Assembly: GCA_963976765.1 (NCBI GenBank)
Contig: CAXBME010000001.1
Span: forward strand, 434,001 to 498,000
Reading direction: 5' to 3'
Length of the DNA stretch: 64,000 nucleotides
Source of the DNA: an uncultured Planctomycetaceae bacterium
GTDB taxonomy: Bacteria; Planctomycetota; Planctomycetia; Planctomycetales; Planctomycetaceae
The position numbers and the translations under genes were made by a program. Positions 39,989-48,761 of this stretch are shown one piece after another. Positions within the stretch are counted from its first letter, which is position 1; each line of letters starts with the position of its first letter. A model generated the notes under the pieces. The model was given only the letters and a program-made list of their open reading frames with translations. It was not told where the DNA came from and ran no database searches.

Positions 39989-40025
39989 GAAACTCCTGCC
40001 GGAAACCGCGTGAAGGGATGATCGG

Positions 40026-40532
40026 ATGCTGATGCCGATTCCAGAAACAGCGAAACACTGCGGCGAAGTTACGGGAGCTGTCGTGACCTGTAAGAGCGAT
40101 GCTGCCGGCCTGGATAAATTAACGAGGGCTGACTCACAACGGCGGCGCCCCGCCTCTCGATCGAAGCTCAACTTCATACTCGACATCGCGCTGACCGTAT
40201 CATTTGTTCTTCTCTGTACCGTCGCTGCCATTGTTCAACTGGTGTTTCCTCCGCCGACTGCCGCGGCTGGCTGGATGGTGTTTGGAGCCACGATCGACCA
40301 GTGGATCACGCTTCAGTTCGGCTGTTTATGCGTGCTGGCGGGTGGAATTATTCTGCATGTCATGCTGCACTGGAACTGGGTTTGCGGGATGCTCACGCGA
40401 GGCCGCCCGGATTCGGCGCTACGAACTGATGACGGAGTGCGAACGATCGTCGGCGTCGGATTTCTGATCGCGATTCTTCATGTGATCGGGTTTGCTGTTC
40501 TTGTTGCTCTGCTGACGGTCCATTCGCCATAA
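40026..40532 (+). CDS. DUF4405-like three-TM membrane protein
   Basis: LNFILD, ILHVMLHWNWV; start codon uncertain. Confidence 0.75.
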   Translation: MLMPIPETAKHCGEVTGAVVTCKSDAAGLDKLTRADSQRRRPASRSKLNFILDIALTVSFVLLCTVAAIVQLVFPPPTAAAGWMVFGATIDQWITLQFGCLCVLAGGIILHVMLHWNWVCGMLTRGRPDSALRTDDGVRTIVGVGFLIAILHVIGFAVLVALLTVHSP

Positions 40533-40614
40533 CGCCATTCTTTCACCAGGCCACTTCATTCCTGACCCGAAGGCTGCCAGCCATTGCGGGAAACGGGAAC
40601 CGATCGAAGCAGTC

Positions 40615-41217
40615 ATGACAGGCACCCTGCGAATCGTCGTCGCGGGTGATGAGCCCGACATGCTCGGTTTTTACCAGACCATGCTGAGCGGTCTGGGACA
40701 CGATGTTGTTGCCATGGCCCGAAATGGCCAGCAACTGGTTGACCTGACGCTTCGGCACAGTCGCGATCTGATTATCACCGACATTCGGATGCCCGAACGC
40801 GACGGGCTGAACGCCGTTCGAGAAATCACACTGCAGAAGCCTGTTGCCGCGATCGTTGTCTCGGCGCACACGGACAACGAATACATTGAACAGGCGGCGC
40901 ACAATTGCATTCTGGCATATCTTGTTAAACCAATTCGTGCAGCCGACCTCGGCCCGGCAATCATCCTCGCTCGGCAACGGTTTCGAGAATTTCAGGCCTT
41001 GCAGCAACAGGCCGACAACCTCCGGCAGACACTTGAAGATCGGGAGATCATTGAGCGAGCCAAAGGCATTCTCATGGACCGCAGCAGGGTTTCTGAGAAA
41101 GACGCGTTCCTGCGACTGAGGAAGTTGTCGAACGATCGCAATGAGAAACTGGTCGACATCGCTCGAACGATTGTCACTGCCGAAGCCGCTTTCGTGAGAG
41201 AGTCAGTCGTCAGTTGA
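40615..41217 (+). CDS. REC-ANTAR response regulator (NasT/PdtaR/EutV-like)
   Basis: LIITDIRMP..DG, YLVKP, LEDREIIERAKGILM...SEKDAF..LRK.S. Confidence 0.93.
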   Translation: MTGTLRIVVAGDEPDMLGFYQTMLSGLGHDVVAMARNGQQLVDLTLRHSRDLIITDIRMPERDGLNAVREITLQKPVAAIVVSAHTDNEYIEQAAHNCILAYLVKPIRAADLGPAIILARQRFREFQALQQQADNLRQTLEDREIIERAKGILMDRSRVSEKDAFLRLRKLSNDRNEKLVDIARTIVTAEAAFVRESVVS

Positions 41218-41506
41218 CACGCGTTCGGTTTTGTCCGGTTTGGCCTGACGGGTTTTCTCAACGAGGTCGCGACGATCCGTGACTCGGATCGTTGCCACAC
41301 CCGCGCAGGTCTGAGATTCAGTTCGAAGTTCGCCTTCGTATCAGTGGGTGTATAAACGATCGAGCGAACACTTCCGCCGTGAGAAATGAGAAGCACGGCC
41401 AGTCACCGCGCGACAATTCACTCATAGCGCGCATTTTCGCACACTTTAGAGTGCCGGCAGTGCGATTTCGGCAGTGTCCGCTGGCCAGAATCGCGGGACG
41501 AAGGTT

Positions 41507-41521
41507 TGGCACGCGATCTGC
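41507..41521 (+). promoter_or_regulatory. Sigma-54 promoter candidate for the globin (and possibly nap) transcript
   Basis: TGGCACGCGATCTGC (GG-N10-GC), about 126 nt upstream of the globin start. Confidence 0.65.
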
Positions 41522-41647
41522 CAATGATCGGTGGAAACTCATCTGGATGACTGAAAACATTCGATGCTGGTATCTGAGTCGAGGTTGACTTCTGCTGGCC
41601 GGACGAATTGTCAGACAAGCCATTTGTGAAGATCGAAAGCAACACCA

Positions 41648-42106
41648 ATGCCTCGGGCTGAAAAGATCTCGTCAGCGCCACAAACCTCACAGGACCGGCT
41701 ATCTGCACTCATTGAAGACGTCGTTCGTCCGAGCTTCGTTCGTTGCTGTGCGGACTCTTCCGAGTTCTTCGACTCCTTTTACTTCAGGCTCGGGGTGCGA
41801 TTGCCTCAGGTCGGAACGATGTTTGCCCGGGTTGATATGCAGAAGCAGAATGATCTCATGAAAGACGGCATTAAAAAATTGATTGAATATGCCAATGGGA
41901 ACTCGAAGGCTGAGGCTGAGCTGAAACGAGTTGCAGAAAGTCATTCGCGGTCCCGCCTGGGCGTTCTTCCAGAGTACTACCCCCACTGGATCGACTCTCT
42001 GATGGAGACGATTCGGGAGCACGATCCCGCGACGACTGACGAAGCCGAAACGGCGTGGAGGCAGGTTCTGGCTGGTGGAATTGCTCTGATGATTGCCGGT
42101 TTCTGA
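41648..42106 (+). CDS. Single-domain globin
   Basis: F...FY (B10 Tyr), MF (CD1 Phe), Q (E7), VAESH (F8 His), GV.PEYY..W..SL, AW. Confidence 0.88.
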   Translation: MPRAEKISSAPQTSQDRLSALIEDVVRPSFVRCCADSSEFFDSFYFRLGVRLPQVGTMFARVDMQKQNDLMKDGIKKLIEYANGNSKAEAELKRVAESHSRSRLGVLPEYYPHWIDSLMETIREHDPATTDEAETAWRQVLAGGIALMIAGF

Positions 42107-42206
42107 TGTCTATTCGAAATCGCAGAAGTTGAAATGACAGATGCTGGCAGGCGTGATGGTGCGATGGTTTGCCGGATCAGTTTTCTGAAGTCTTAACAGG
42201 GAAGTA

Positions 42207-42944
42207 TTGGCGAACGTGCGATTTTTCAGGCATCAACCCGACGATACATCCGCCGAAAGGCAGAAGTCCGCTTTGCCACGCTGGTCGTTGGGGGCTGCTC
42301 TGTGCAGCCTCGCGATTGCTGGCGTCGGGGCCGCAATGACTGCGGAATATTCTGACGACAACGAATCCGGGATCGACGTTCCCGGCAAATCGGTTCAAGC
42401 TGACTCTCAACCAGGTAGTGACGATTCCGGTTCAGACACCGGCACTTCCACATCCAACTTTGCCATCGAAATCCGCAAGCCTCCCGGCCCACCACGAGTT
42501 GGCACCGGGCTGAAGAATGTCGATGGAACTGAAGTGACGGTTGCCTGCTCAACATGCCATACAACTCGAGTTCCGAATCACCACAACAAAACCGTCAAAG
42601 AACTCGACGAATTTCACGGCGGCATGGCGTTCTCACACGGCACGGTCAGTTGCCTGTCGTGTCATAACGAACGCGACTACGACACGCTGCGATTGGCAGA
42701 TGGAAGTCGAGTTGAGTTTCCCGACGTCATGAAGCTCTGTGCTCAATGTCACGGCCCTCAGATGAAGGCTTACGAGCATGGAGCGCACGGCGGAATGAAC
42801 GGGTATTGGGACTTAACTCGAGGACCACAGACGAAGAACAACTGCATTGATTGCCACGACCCCCATGCTCCGCAGTTTCCAAAGATGCGACCGACGTTTA
42901 AGCCGAAGGATCGATTTCTCGAACAGCCGAGGACCAGGCATTGA
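42207..42944 (+). CDS. Tetrahaem c-type cytochrome with N-terminal anchor/signal
   Basis: CSTCH, CLSCH, CAQCH, CIDCH; TTG start with AGGGA upstream. Confidence 0.9.
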   Translation: MANVRFFRHQPDDTSAERQKSALPRWSLGAALCSLAIAGVGAAMTAEYSDDNESGIDVPGKSVQADSQPGSDDSGSDTGTSTSNFAIEIRKPPGPPRVGTGLKNVDGTEVTVACSTCHTTRVPNHHNKTVKELDEFHGGMAFSHGTVSCLSCHNERDYDTLRLADGSRVEFPDVMKLCAQCHGPQMKAYEHGAHGGMNGYWDLTRGPQTKNNCIDCHDPHAPQFPKMRPTFKPKDRFLEQPRTRH

Positions 42945-43915
42945 TTGCAGATGACAACTCCTCGCCAGAGAGACAGGCCGAGACAAATGAGGGATGGCAC
43001 CTGCCAGTTGTAGATCAGCCGTCGACTCGACGAACCGCGATGAAGACTGCCGGAGCAGCACTTGGTCTGGCGGCGTTCGGCAAAGCGATTTCGCCGTTGT
43101 GGAGCATTCCTGAGAACGTTTCGGTCGATGAGTTTCTGCAGCAGCACTACAAGGAACTTTCAGACAAGGACAAGCAGAAAGTCTTTCAGAGACTGGAAGC
43201 TGAATCCAGGGAAACCTACGGCGCGGAAGTCACGATTTCCGATCCGAAGCCTGTTCCTGGAGTGCGGTTTGGTTACGCCATCAACCTCAGCAAGTGCAAT
43301 GGCAACGGTGCCTGCATGGAAGCCTGCAACAAGGAAAACAACCACCACCGAGGAATCGACCAGTCGTATATCCGTGTGCTGGAAATGTCCAAGGGGTCGA
43401 TGGACATGGAACACGGCACAACAACCTACGACCACACCGTTCCACAGGACGACAAGTTCTACATGCCGGTGCAGTGTCAGCAGTGTGAAAACCCGCCGTG
43501 CGTGTCGGCGTGCCCGATCGAAGCGACATGGCAGGAAGACGATGGCATTGTCGTGGTCGACTACAACTGGTGTATCGGGTGTCGCTATTGCGAGGCAGCC
43601 TGCCCGTATCATGCGAGGCGATTTAACTGGGAACAGCCCGAGATTCCGGCGGGCGAGATCAACCCTGATCAGGGTTACCTGTCGAACCGCATTCGCCCTC
43701 AAGGCGTGATGGAAAAGTGTCACTTCTGTCTGCATCGAACGCGTGAAGGTCGAGCCCCTGCCTGTCTGGAAGCCTGCTCGACCGGGGCGCGAGTCTTTGG
43801 TGATTTGAACGATCCCGATTCGGATATCAACTGGGTTCTCAAGAACAAACGCGTTTTCGTGCTGAAAGAAGAACTCGGTACCCAACCCAATTTCTTTTAC
43901 TTTTTCGATTCGTAA
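42941..43915 (+). CDS. NrfC/DmsB-type polyferredoxin with twin-arginine signal
   Basis: STRRTAMK; CNGNGACMEAC, CQQCENPPCVSAC, CIGCRYCEAACP, CHFC..PACLEAC. Confidence 0.93.
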   Translation: MIADDNSSPERQAETNEGWHLPVVDQPSTRRTAMKTAGAALGLAAFGKAISPLWSIPENVSVDEFLQQHYKELSDKDKQKVFQRLEAESRETYGAEVTISDPKPVPGVRFGYAINLSKCNGNGACMEACNKENNHHRGIDQSYIRVLEMSKGSMDMEHGTTTYDHTVPQDDKFYMPVQCQQCENPPCVSACPIEATWQEDDGIVVVDYNWCIGCRYCEAACPYHARRFNWEQPEIPAGEINPDQGYLSNRIRPQGVMEKCHFCLHRTREGRAPACLEACSTGARVFGDLNDPDSDINWVLKNKRVFVLKEELGTQPNFFYFFDS

Positions 43916-43918
43916 ATC

Positions 43919-45196
43919 ATGTCGTCGATCACCGCTCAGAATCATACAAGCACTGACTCTGCCGACTCAGTGCGCAGCTACCCGCGATTTCTCTGGTGGG
44001 GATTGGGGGAAGCCACAAATGGTGGGCTGCGATTCTACGTCTGGATGTTCGTGCTGACCGCGATCTCACTTGTCGGCGCAAATGCGTGGGCGAATCAGGT
44101 GGCGGAAGGAATGATCATTACCAACATGACCGACCACGTCAGTTGGGGCCTTTACATTGCAAACTTCACTTTCTGCGTCGGCCTTGCTGCTGGCGGCGTG
44201 ATGATGGTCATTCCTGCCTATCTCTACGACGACGAAGAAATGCACAGGATTGTGATCGTTGGCGAAGCTGTCGCCGTCGCTGCAATTGTAATGTCGACGT
44301 TGAGTGTTGTTGTCGATCTTGGTCGACCGGATCGTTTCTGGCATCTGATCCCGGTAATTGGTCGCTTGAACTGGCCCGTCTCCATGTTGACATGGGACGT
44401 GATCGTGCTGAACGGCTACCTGCTGATCAATCTGCATATCGTCGGCTATCTGCTTTACATGAGGTACCTTGGTCGCAAGCCAAACCCGAAGTGGTATGTC
44501 CCGTTTGTTTTCCTTTCGATCATCTGGGCCATCAGCATCCACACCGTTACAGCATTTCTCTATTGCGGACTCGGAGGCCGCCCCTTCTGGAATACTGCTT
44601 TACTTGCGCCGAGGTTTCTGGCGTCCGCATTTGTCAGTGGCCCGGCATTTATCATCCTTGTAATGAGGATTCTTCGAATCACTGCCGGGTACTCGGCCCC
44701 TCCCGGACCGGCCCGCACGCTGATTCAAATCATTCGTGTCGCGATGACCATTAACCTCGTAATGCTTGCCAGTGAAATCTTTACACTGTTTTACACCGGT
44801 GGATCGCACGGCGCATCGGCCAGATATCTGTTCTTCGGAAGTCACGGTCACTACGGACTTGTCCCGTGGATCTGGACGGCGATCGTCTTCAATCTGGTCG
44901 GCACGATCCTGTTCTTTATGCCCGCAGCTCTTGATCGCAGTACTGTCCGAATCGCTGCTTGTGTGTTGTGCATCGTTGGCATCTGGATTGAGAAGGGCAT
45001 GGGGCTGATCGTTCCGGGGTTCATCCCGTCAACGCTTCACGAGATTGTTGAGTACACACCAAGCCTTGTGGAATGGAAAGTCACCGCCGGAATCTGGGCA
45101 TTCGGATTTCTGTTGCTGACCGTACTGCTGAAGCTCATCGCGACAGTCTTTTCCGGTGAACAGAATGCGGGCAAGGCCATCGCTTCTTCCGGCTGA
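43919..45196 (+). CDS. NrfD/PsrC-family (DsrP/QrcD-like, about 10 TM) quinol-interacting membrane subunit
   Basis: VSWGLYIANFTFCVGLAAG, DLGRPDRFWH, SMLTWD, SIHTVTAFL, RPFWNTALLAPRFLASAF, YTPSLVE. Confidence 0.93.
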   Translation: MSSITAQNHTSTDSADSVRSYPRFLWWGLGEATNGGLRFYVWMFVLTAISLVGANAWANQVAEGMIITNMTDHVSWGLYIANFTFCVGLAAGGVMMVIPAYLYDDEEMHRIVIVGEAVAVAAIVMSTLSVVVDLGRPDRFWHLIPVIGRLNWPVSMLTWDVIVLNGYLLINLHIVGYLLYMRYLGRKPNPKWYVPFVFLSIIWAISIHTVTAFLYCGLGGRPFWNTALLAPRFLASAFVSGPAFIILVMRILRITAGYSAPPGPARTLIQIIRVAMTINLVMLASEIFTLFYTGGSHGASARYLFFGSHGHYGLVPWIWTAIVFNLVGTILFFMPAALDRSTVRIAACVLCIVGIWIEKGMGLIVPGFIPSTLHEIVEYTPSLVEWKVTAGIWAFGFLLLTVLLKLIATVFSGEQNAGKAIASSG

Positions 45197-45258
45197 AAGT
45201 CCGTGCCTTGCCTGCCACGACGTCCCGTTCAACTCAATCGATTCATTGAGACCAGAAA

Positions 45259-45543
45259 ATGATTGCCAGCGTAGTTGCCACACTCGACGGTTTCGACGGT
45301 GATGTTCAGCACATCGTCGACGAATTCTGCAAGGAGTCGGGTATCGAAATCGGAGTTGTCGGCAAGGGAGTCCGCCGTGTTCCGATCACCATCGATTCGC
45401 CCGTTCCAGATGCCCTTGAGGAAACAACGAAACGGCTGCAGGAGTGCCGCGGCGTGGCATTTGTCGATGTCGTGTTCGTCCACTTCGAAGACGAGTCAGA
45501 GAGTCCTGCGACGACACATTCAGGAAAGATCAACCACTCATGA
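45259..45543 (+). CDS. napD: NapD-like chaperone
   Basis: 94 aa, MIASVV...GVAFVDVVFVHFEDE, translationally coupled to napA. Confidence 0.75.
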   Translation: MIASVVATLDGFDGDVQHIVDEFCKESGIEIGVVGKGVRRVPITIDSPVPDALEETTKRLQECRGVAFVDVVFVHFEDESESPATTHSGKINHS

Positions 45544-47963
45544 ACGGTGAATTGCAACCAGCAACCGAGGCCATTCGGCGTCGGCAGTTTATCAAGGCTG
45601 CGGCCATGGCAGCGGCTTCTTCCGTTGTCGGCGGGTCGGATTACACGCTTCCGGTTCTCGCGGATGAATCCTCGCAAGGAGTTCAGTGGGCGAAGGCTCC
45701 GTGTCGGTTTTGCGGAACCGGATGCCATGTGCAGGTGGGTGTCCAGGGCGGTAAGGTCGTCGCCGTTGCGGGCGACAGAAACGCGGAAGTGAATAAGGGG
45801 CTGCTCTGCGTTAAGGGGTACCACGTTGGCTCGGCACTCTACGGCAAGGACCGTCTCACTCGACCACTGCTTCGTGACGGGGATCGCTATCGTGAGATCT
45901 CCTGGGAAGAGGCAATCCGAACAATTGCTGATCGAATCGAGGTGGCTCCGGAACGGTTCGCGTTCTACGGTTCCGGCCAATGGACCATTCCAGAGGGGTA
46001 CGCGGCTCAGAAGTTCATGAAGGGTGGCTTGTCGAACAACCACATTGACCCCAACGCCCGGTTGTGCATGGCTTCAGCCGTGACAGGTTTTCTGGCGACG
46101 TACGGCGTGGATGAACCAGCGGGCTGCTACGACGACCTCGATGAATGCGACGTACTCATCATGTGGGGCAACAACCCGGCGGAGATGCATCCGGTGCTGT
46201 TTTCCCGAGTGGTTGACCGCCGCAGTCGCGGAGAAAAAGTCACGCTCATCGACATTGGAACGCGACGTACCCGGACAACAGAAGCCTGTCAGCACTATCT
46301 CGAAATGAAGGGGCACGGTGATCTGGCAATCGCCAATGGTATCGCTCACCTGCTGATAAAGAACGGGACGTACGACCGCCGGTTTGTGGAATCATTCTGC
46401 AACTTCAAAGCGTCAGACGACGAGAATCCCAACCTGCACGGTAAACCGATCTCGTTTGATGACTACAGGAAGTTTCTTGAACCCTACACACCAGAACACG
46501 TCGAGGAACTGTCTGGCGTTCCTGCTGAGCAGATCCGGATGCTGGGCGATCTGTTTGGCAACCCTGATCTGAAGATCACTTCGTTGTGGTGCATGGGGAT
46601 GAATCAGCACACGCGAGGCACTGCTGTTAATGCGCTCGTCCACGGAATTCATCTCCTTAGCGGACACTTCGGCACGCCAGGCAACGCACCAACGAGTCTT
46701 ACTGGGCAACCGTCCGCCTGCGGAACGGTGCGGGAAGTTGGCACTCTGGCTCACGCCCTTCCTGGCGGTCGCGTTGTCGCCAACGAGGACCATAGGAAGC
46801 AGTCTGAGGAATTCTGGAATATCCCTGCCGGTCGCATCAATGCGACTCCCGGCTACCACACCGTTAAAATGTGGGAAAGCTTCTGCACACCAACAGATCA
46901 GGGAGGCGACATCGGCACCATCTGGGTGCAGGTGACAAATCCGGGGCAGACACTGCCAAATCTCAACAAGCTGTTTAATCCCAAAGGTGACAACAAAGCC
47001 GGACTTGAGGACAAGTTCCTCATCGTCAGCGACGTCTATCCGACAGCAACGACTCGGCTGGCTGACTTGATCCTGCCGTCAGCAATGTGGGTGGAAAAGA
47101 ACGGAGTGTTCGGCAATTCAGAACGTCGCACTCAACAGTGGTTCAAGATGGTCGATCCTCCGGGAGATGCTCGCGACGATTGCTGGCAGACGATCGCGGT
47201 CGCTCACGAGTTGTTCAGTCGGGGCATGGCTGGCATGAAAGATCGGGACGATCGATTTCTGTTCGAAATAAAAGACAAAAACGACATGCCCGTGCCCGTC
47301 TGGGAATGGGAGCGTTATTACGACGTGAATGTCGACGAGTATTTGTTCGAGGAATACCGGCAGTTCACTCGGCTCAAGCACAAAGACCTCGCTCCGTACA
47401 GCGAGTATGTCAACGCACGTGGCCTTCGCTGGCCGGTCGTCGAAACGGACGGACATTGGCGGGAAACGCATTTACGATTCTCGGAGCACTTCGATCCGTA
47501 CGTTGAAGCCGGCAGAGAAGTTCAGTTTTACCATTCTTCGACGCAGGATGACCGCGCACAGATCTGGTTCCATCCGTGGATTGCCCCCGCCGAAGTTCCT
47601 GATGATGACTACCCGTTCATGCTCTGCACCGGACGAGTCCTGGAACACTGGCATTCCGGTTCGATGACCCGTCGCATTCCGGAGTTGAACCGGGCCATGC
47701 CCGGCGGCTATCTGGAGATTCATGCCAAAGATGCGGCGGCACTCGACATTCGCAACGGTGACCAGGTCGAGGTTGAATCCCGTCGCGGCTCGCTGGTAGT
47801 TCCAGTGTGGATTGATGGTCGCGGTCAGCCACCTCGGGGAACGGTCTTCATCCCGTTCTTTGACGAAACGTTGCTGGTCAACGATCTCACGCTGGATGCT
47901 CTCGATCCGTTTTCAAAGCAGCCAGACTATAAAAAGTCGGCTGTGCGGATCAGAAAGGTCTGA
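45540..47963 (+). CDS. napA: Periplasmic nitrate reductase catalytic subunit
   Basis: Tat IRRRQFIK; APCRFCGTGC...LCVKG; GSGQW; DPNARLCMASAV; MGMNQH; LTGQPSACGT.REVG; TGRVLEHWHSGSMT; SKQPDYKK. Confidence 0.95.
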   Translation: MNGELQPATEAIRRRQFIKAAAMAAASSVVGGSDYTLPVLADESSQGVQWAKAPCRFCGTGCHVQVGVQGGKVVAVAGDRNAEVNKGLLCVKGYHVGSALYGKDRLTRPLLRDGDRYREISWEEAIRTIADRIEVAPERFAFYGSGQWTIPEGYAAQKFMKGGLSNNHIDPNARLCMASAVTGFLATYGVDEPAGCYDDLDECDVLIMWGNNPAEMHPVLFSRVVDRRSRGEKVTLIDIGTRRTRTTEACQHYLEMKGHGDLAIANGIAHLLIKNGTYDRRFVESFCNFKASDDENPNLHGKPISFDDYRKFLEPYTPEHVEELSGVPAEQIRMLGDLFGNPDLKITSLWCMGMNQHTRGTAVNALVHGIHLLSGHFGTPGNAPTSLTGQPSACGTVREVGTLAHALPGGRVVANEDHRKQSEEFWNIPAGRINATPGYHTVKMWESFCTPTDQGGDIGTIWVQVTNPGQTLPNLNKLFNPKGDNKAGLEDKFLIVSDVYPTATTRLADLILPSAMWVEKNGVFGNSERRTQQWFKMVDPPGDARDDCWQTIAVAHELFSRGMAGMKDRDDRFLFEIKDKNDMPVPVWEWERYYDVNVDEYLFEEYRQFTRLKHKDLAPYSEYVNARGLRWPVVETDGHWRETHLRFSEHFDPYVEAGREVQFYHSSTQDDRAQIWFHPWIAPAEVPDDDYPFMLCTGRVLEHWHSGSMTRRIPELNRAMPGGYLEIHAKDAAALDIRNGDQVEVESRRGSLVVPVWIDGRGQPPRGTVFIPFFDETLLVNDLTLDALDPFSKQPDYKKSAVRIRKV

Positions 47964-47965
47964 CG

Positions 47966-48754
47966 ATGAACCGGGAAAAAAACACAAAGCAAACGACTCT
48001 CTTTGCGTTCGTTGTGCTTTCAATCGCCATCGCTGGATATTTTACGGGACTGCAGGCACCGATGGTTGCTTCAACGACAAGCCGATCGAGCCCGGTGGAG
48101 CATCTTAAAACGGAGTCGTCATCCAGACTGGAAGTCGGCGTGATTCCTGCGACGCCTTACGCTGACATTGCTGAGGCGACAACGAAACACCGTCACCATA
48201 CTCGATTGGCCAGTCTCAAGTCAGAGTTTGACCCGTTTGAGGAAATCAGGATTGCACCGGGAGAGAAGTCAGCAGCACTCGATCAGCGCAGCAGGAATCG
48301 AGCGTTCAATGGATCCCCACCGACAATACCGCACCCGATTGAGCAACGGTCGGACAAGTCGTGTGTCGCGTGCCATAGCCAGGGCGTCAGAACGGAGTCG
48401 CTAAGAATTCCGCGAATGTCGCATCAGTTTCTGGCCAACTGCACGCAGTGTCATATTGAGAGTAACCCGCGACACATGGTCGCCGTTGAATTTCGCGAAA
48501 ATGGCTTTGCCGGACTGGCTGCTCCCACTGGAGGTCCGCGAGCGTTCGAAGGTGCGCCGCCGCAGATTCCTCACACAACCTGGATGCGAGTCGACTGTCT
48601 GAGCTGCCACGGTGATGGAGGGCAACGAGGAATTCGCACCACGCATCCGTGGAGAATGAACTGCCAGCAGTGTCACACCCCATCGGCTTTGTTCGATCAA
48701 ACCTTGCTGGCTGTTGAACCTCAGTTTCTTCCTGGCCCGCAAATTAAACAGTAA
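47966..48754 (+). CDS. napB: NapB-like cytochrome, tandem-duplicated with four haem motifs
   Basis: RAFNGSPPTIPH..CVACH..CTQCH and RAFEGAPPQIPH..CLSCH..CQQCH. Confidence 0.85.
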   Translation: MNREKNTKQTTLFAFVVLSIAIAGYFTGLQAPMVASTTSRSSPVEHLKTESSSRLEVGVIPATPYADIAEATTKHRHHTRLASLKSEFDPFEEIRIAPGEKSAALDQRSRNRAFNGSPPTIPHPIEQRSDKSCVACHSQGVRTESLRIPRMSHQFLANCTQCHIESNPRHMVAVEFRENGFAGLAAPTGGPRAFEGAPPQIPHTTWMRVDCLSCHGDGGQRGIRTTHPWRMNCQQCHTPSALFDQTLLAVEPQFLPGPQIKQ

Positions 48755-48761
48755 GGCAATC

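Noticed and set aside
41220..42206. ANTAR dual-hairpin target RNA upstream of globin/nap
   Set aside because: Hairpins are present, but I could not find two adjacent hexaloops with A1/G4 by eye; needs a covariance-model search
45444..45539. Upstream start for napA given by the ORF track
   Set aside because: It overlaps napD; ATG 45540 places the Tat motif near the N-terminus and gives ATGA coupling
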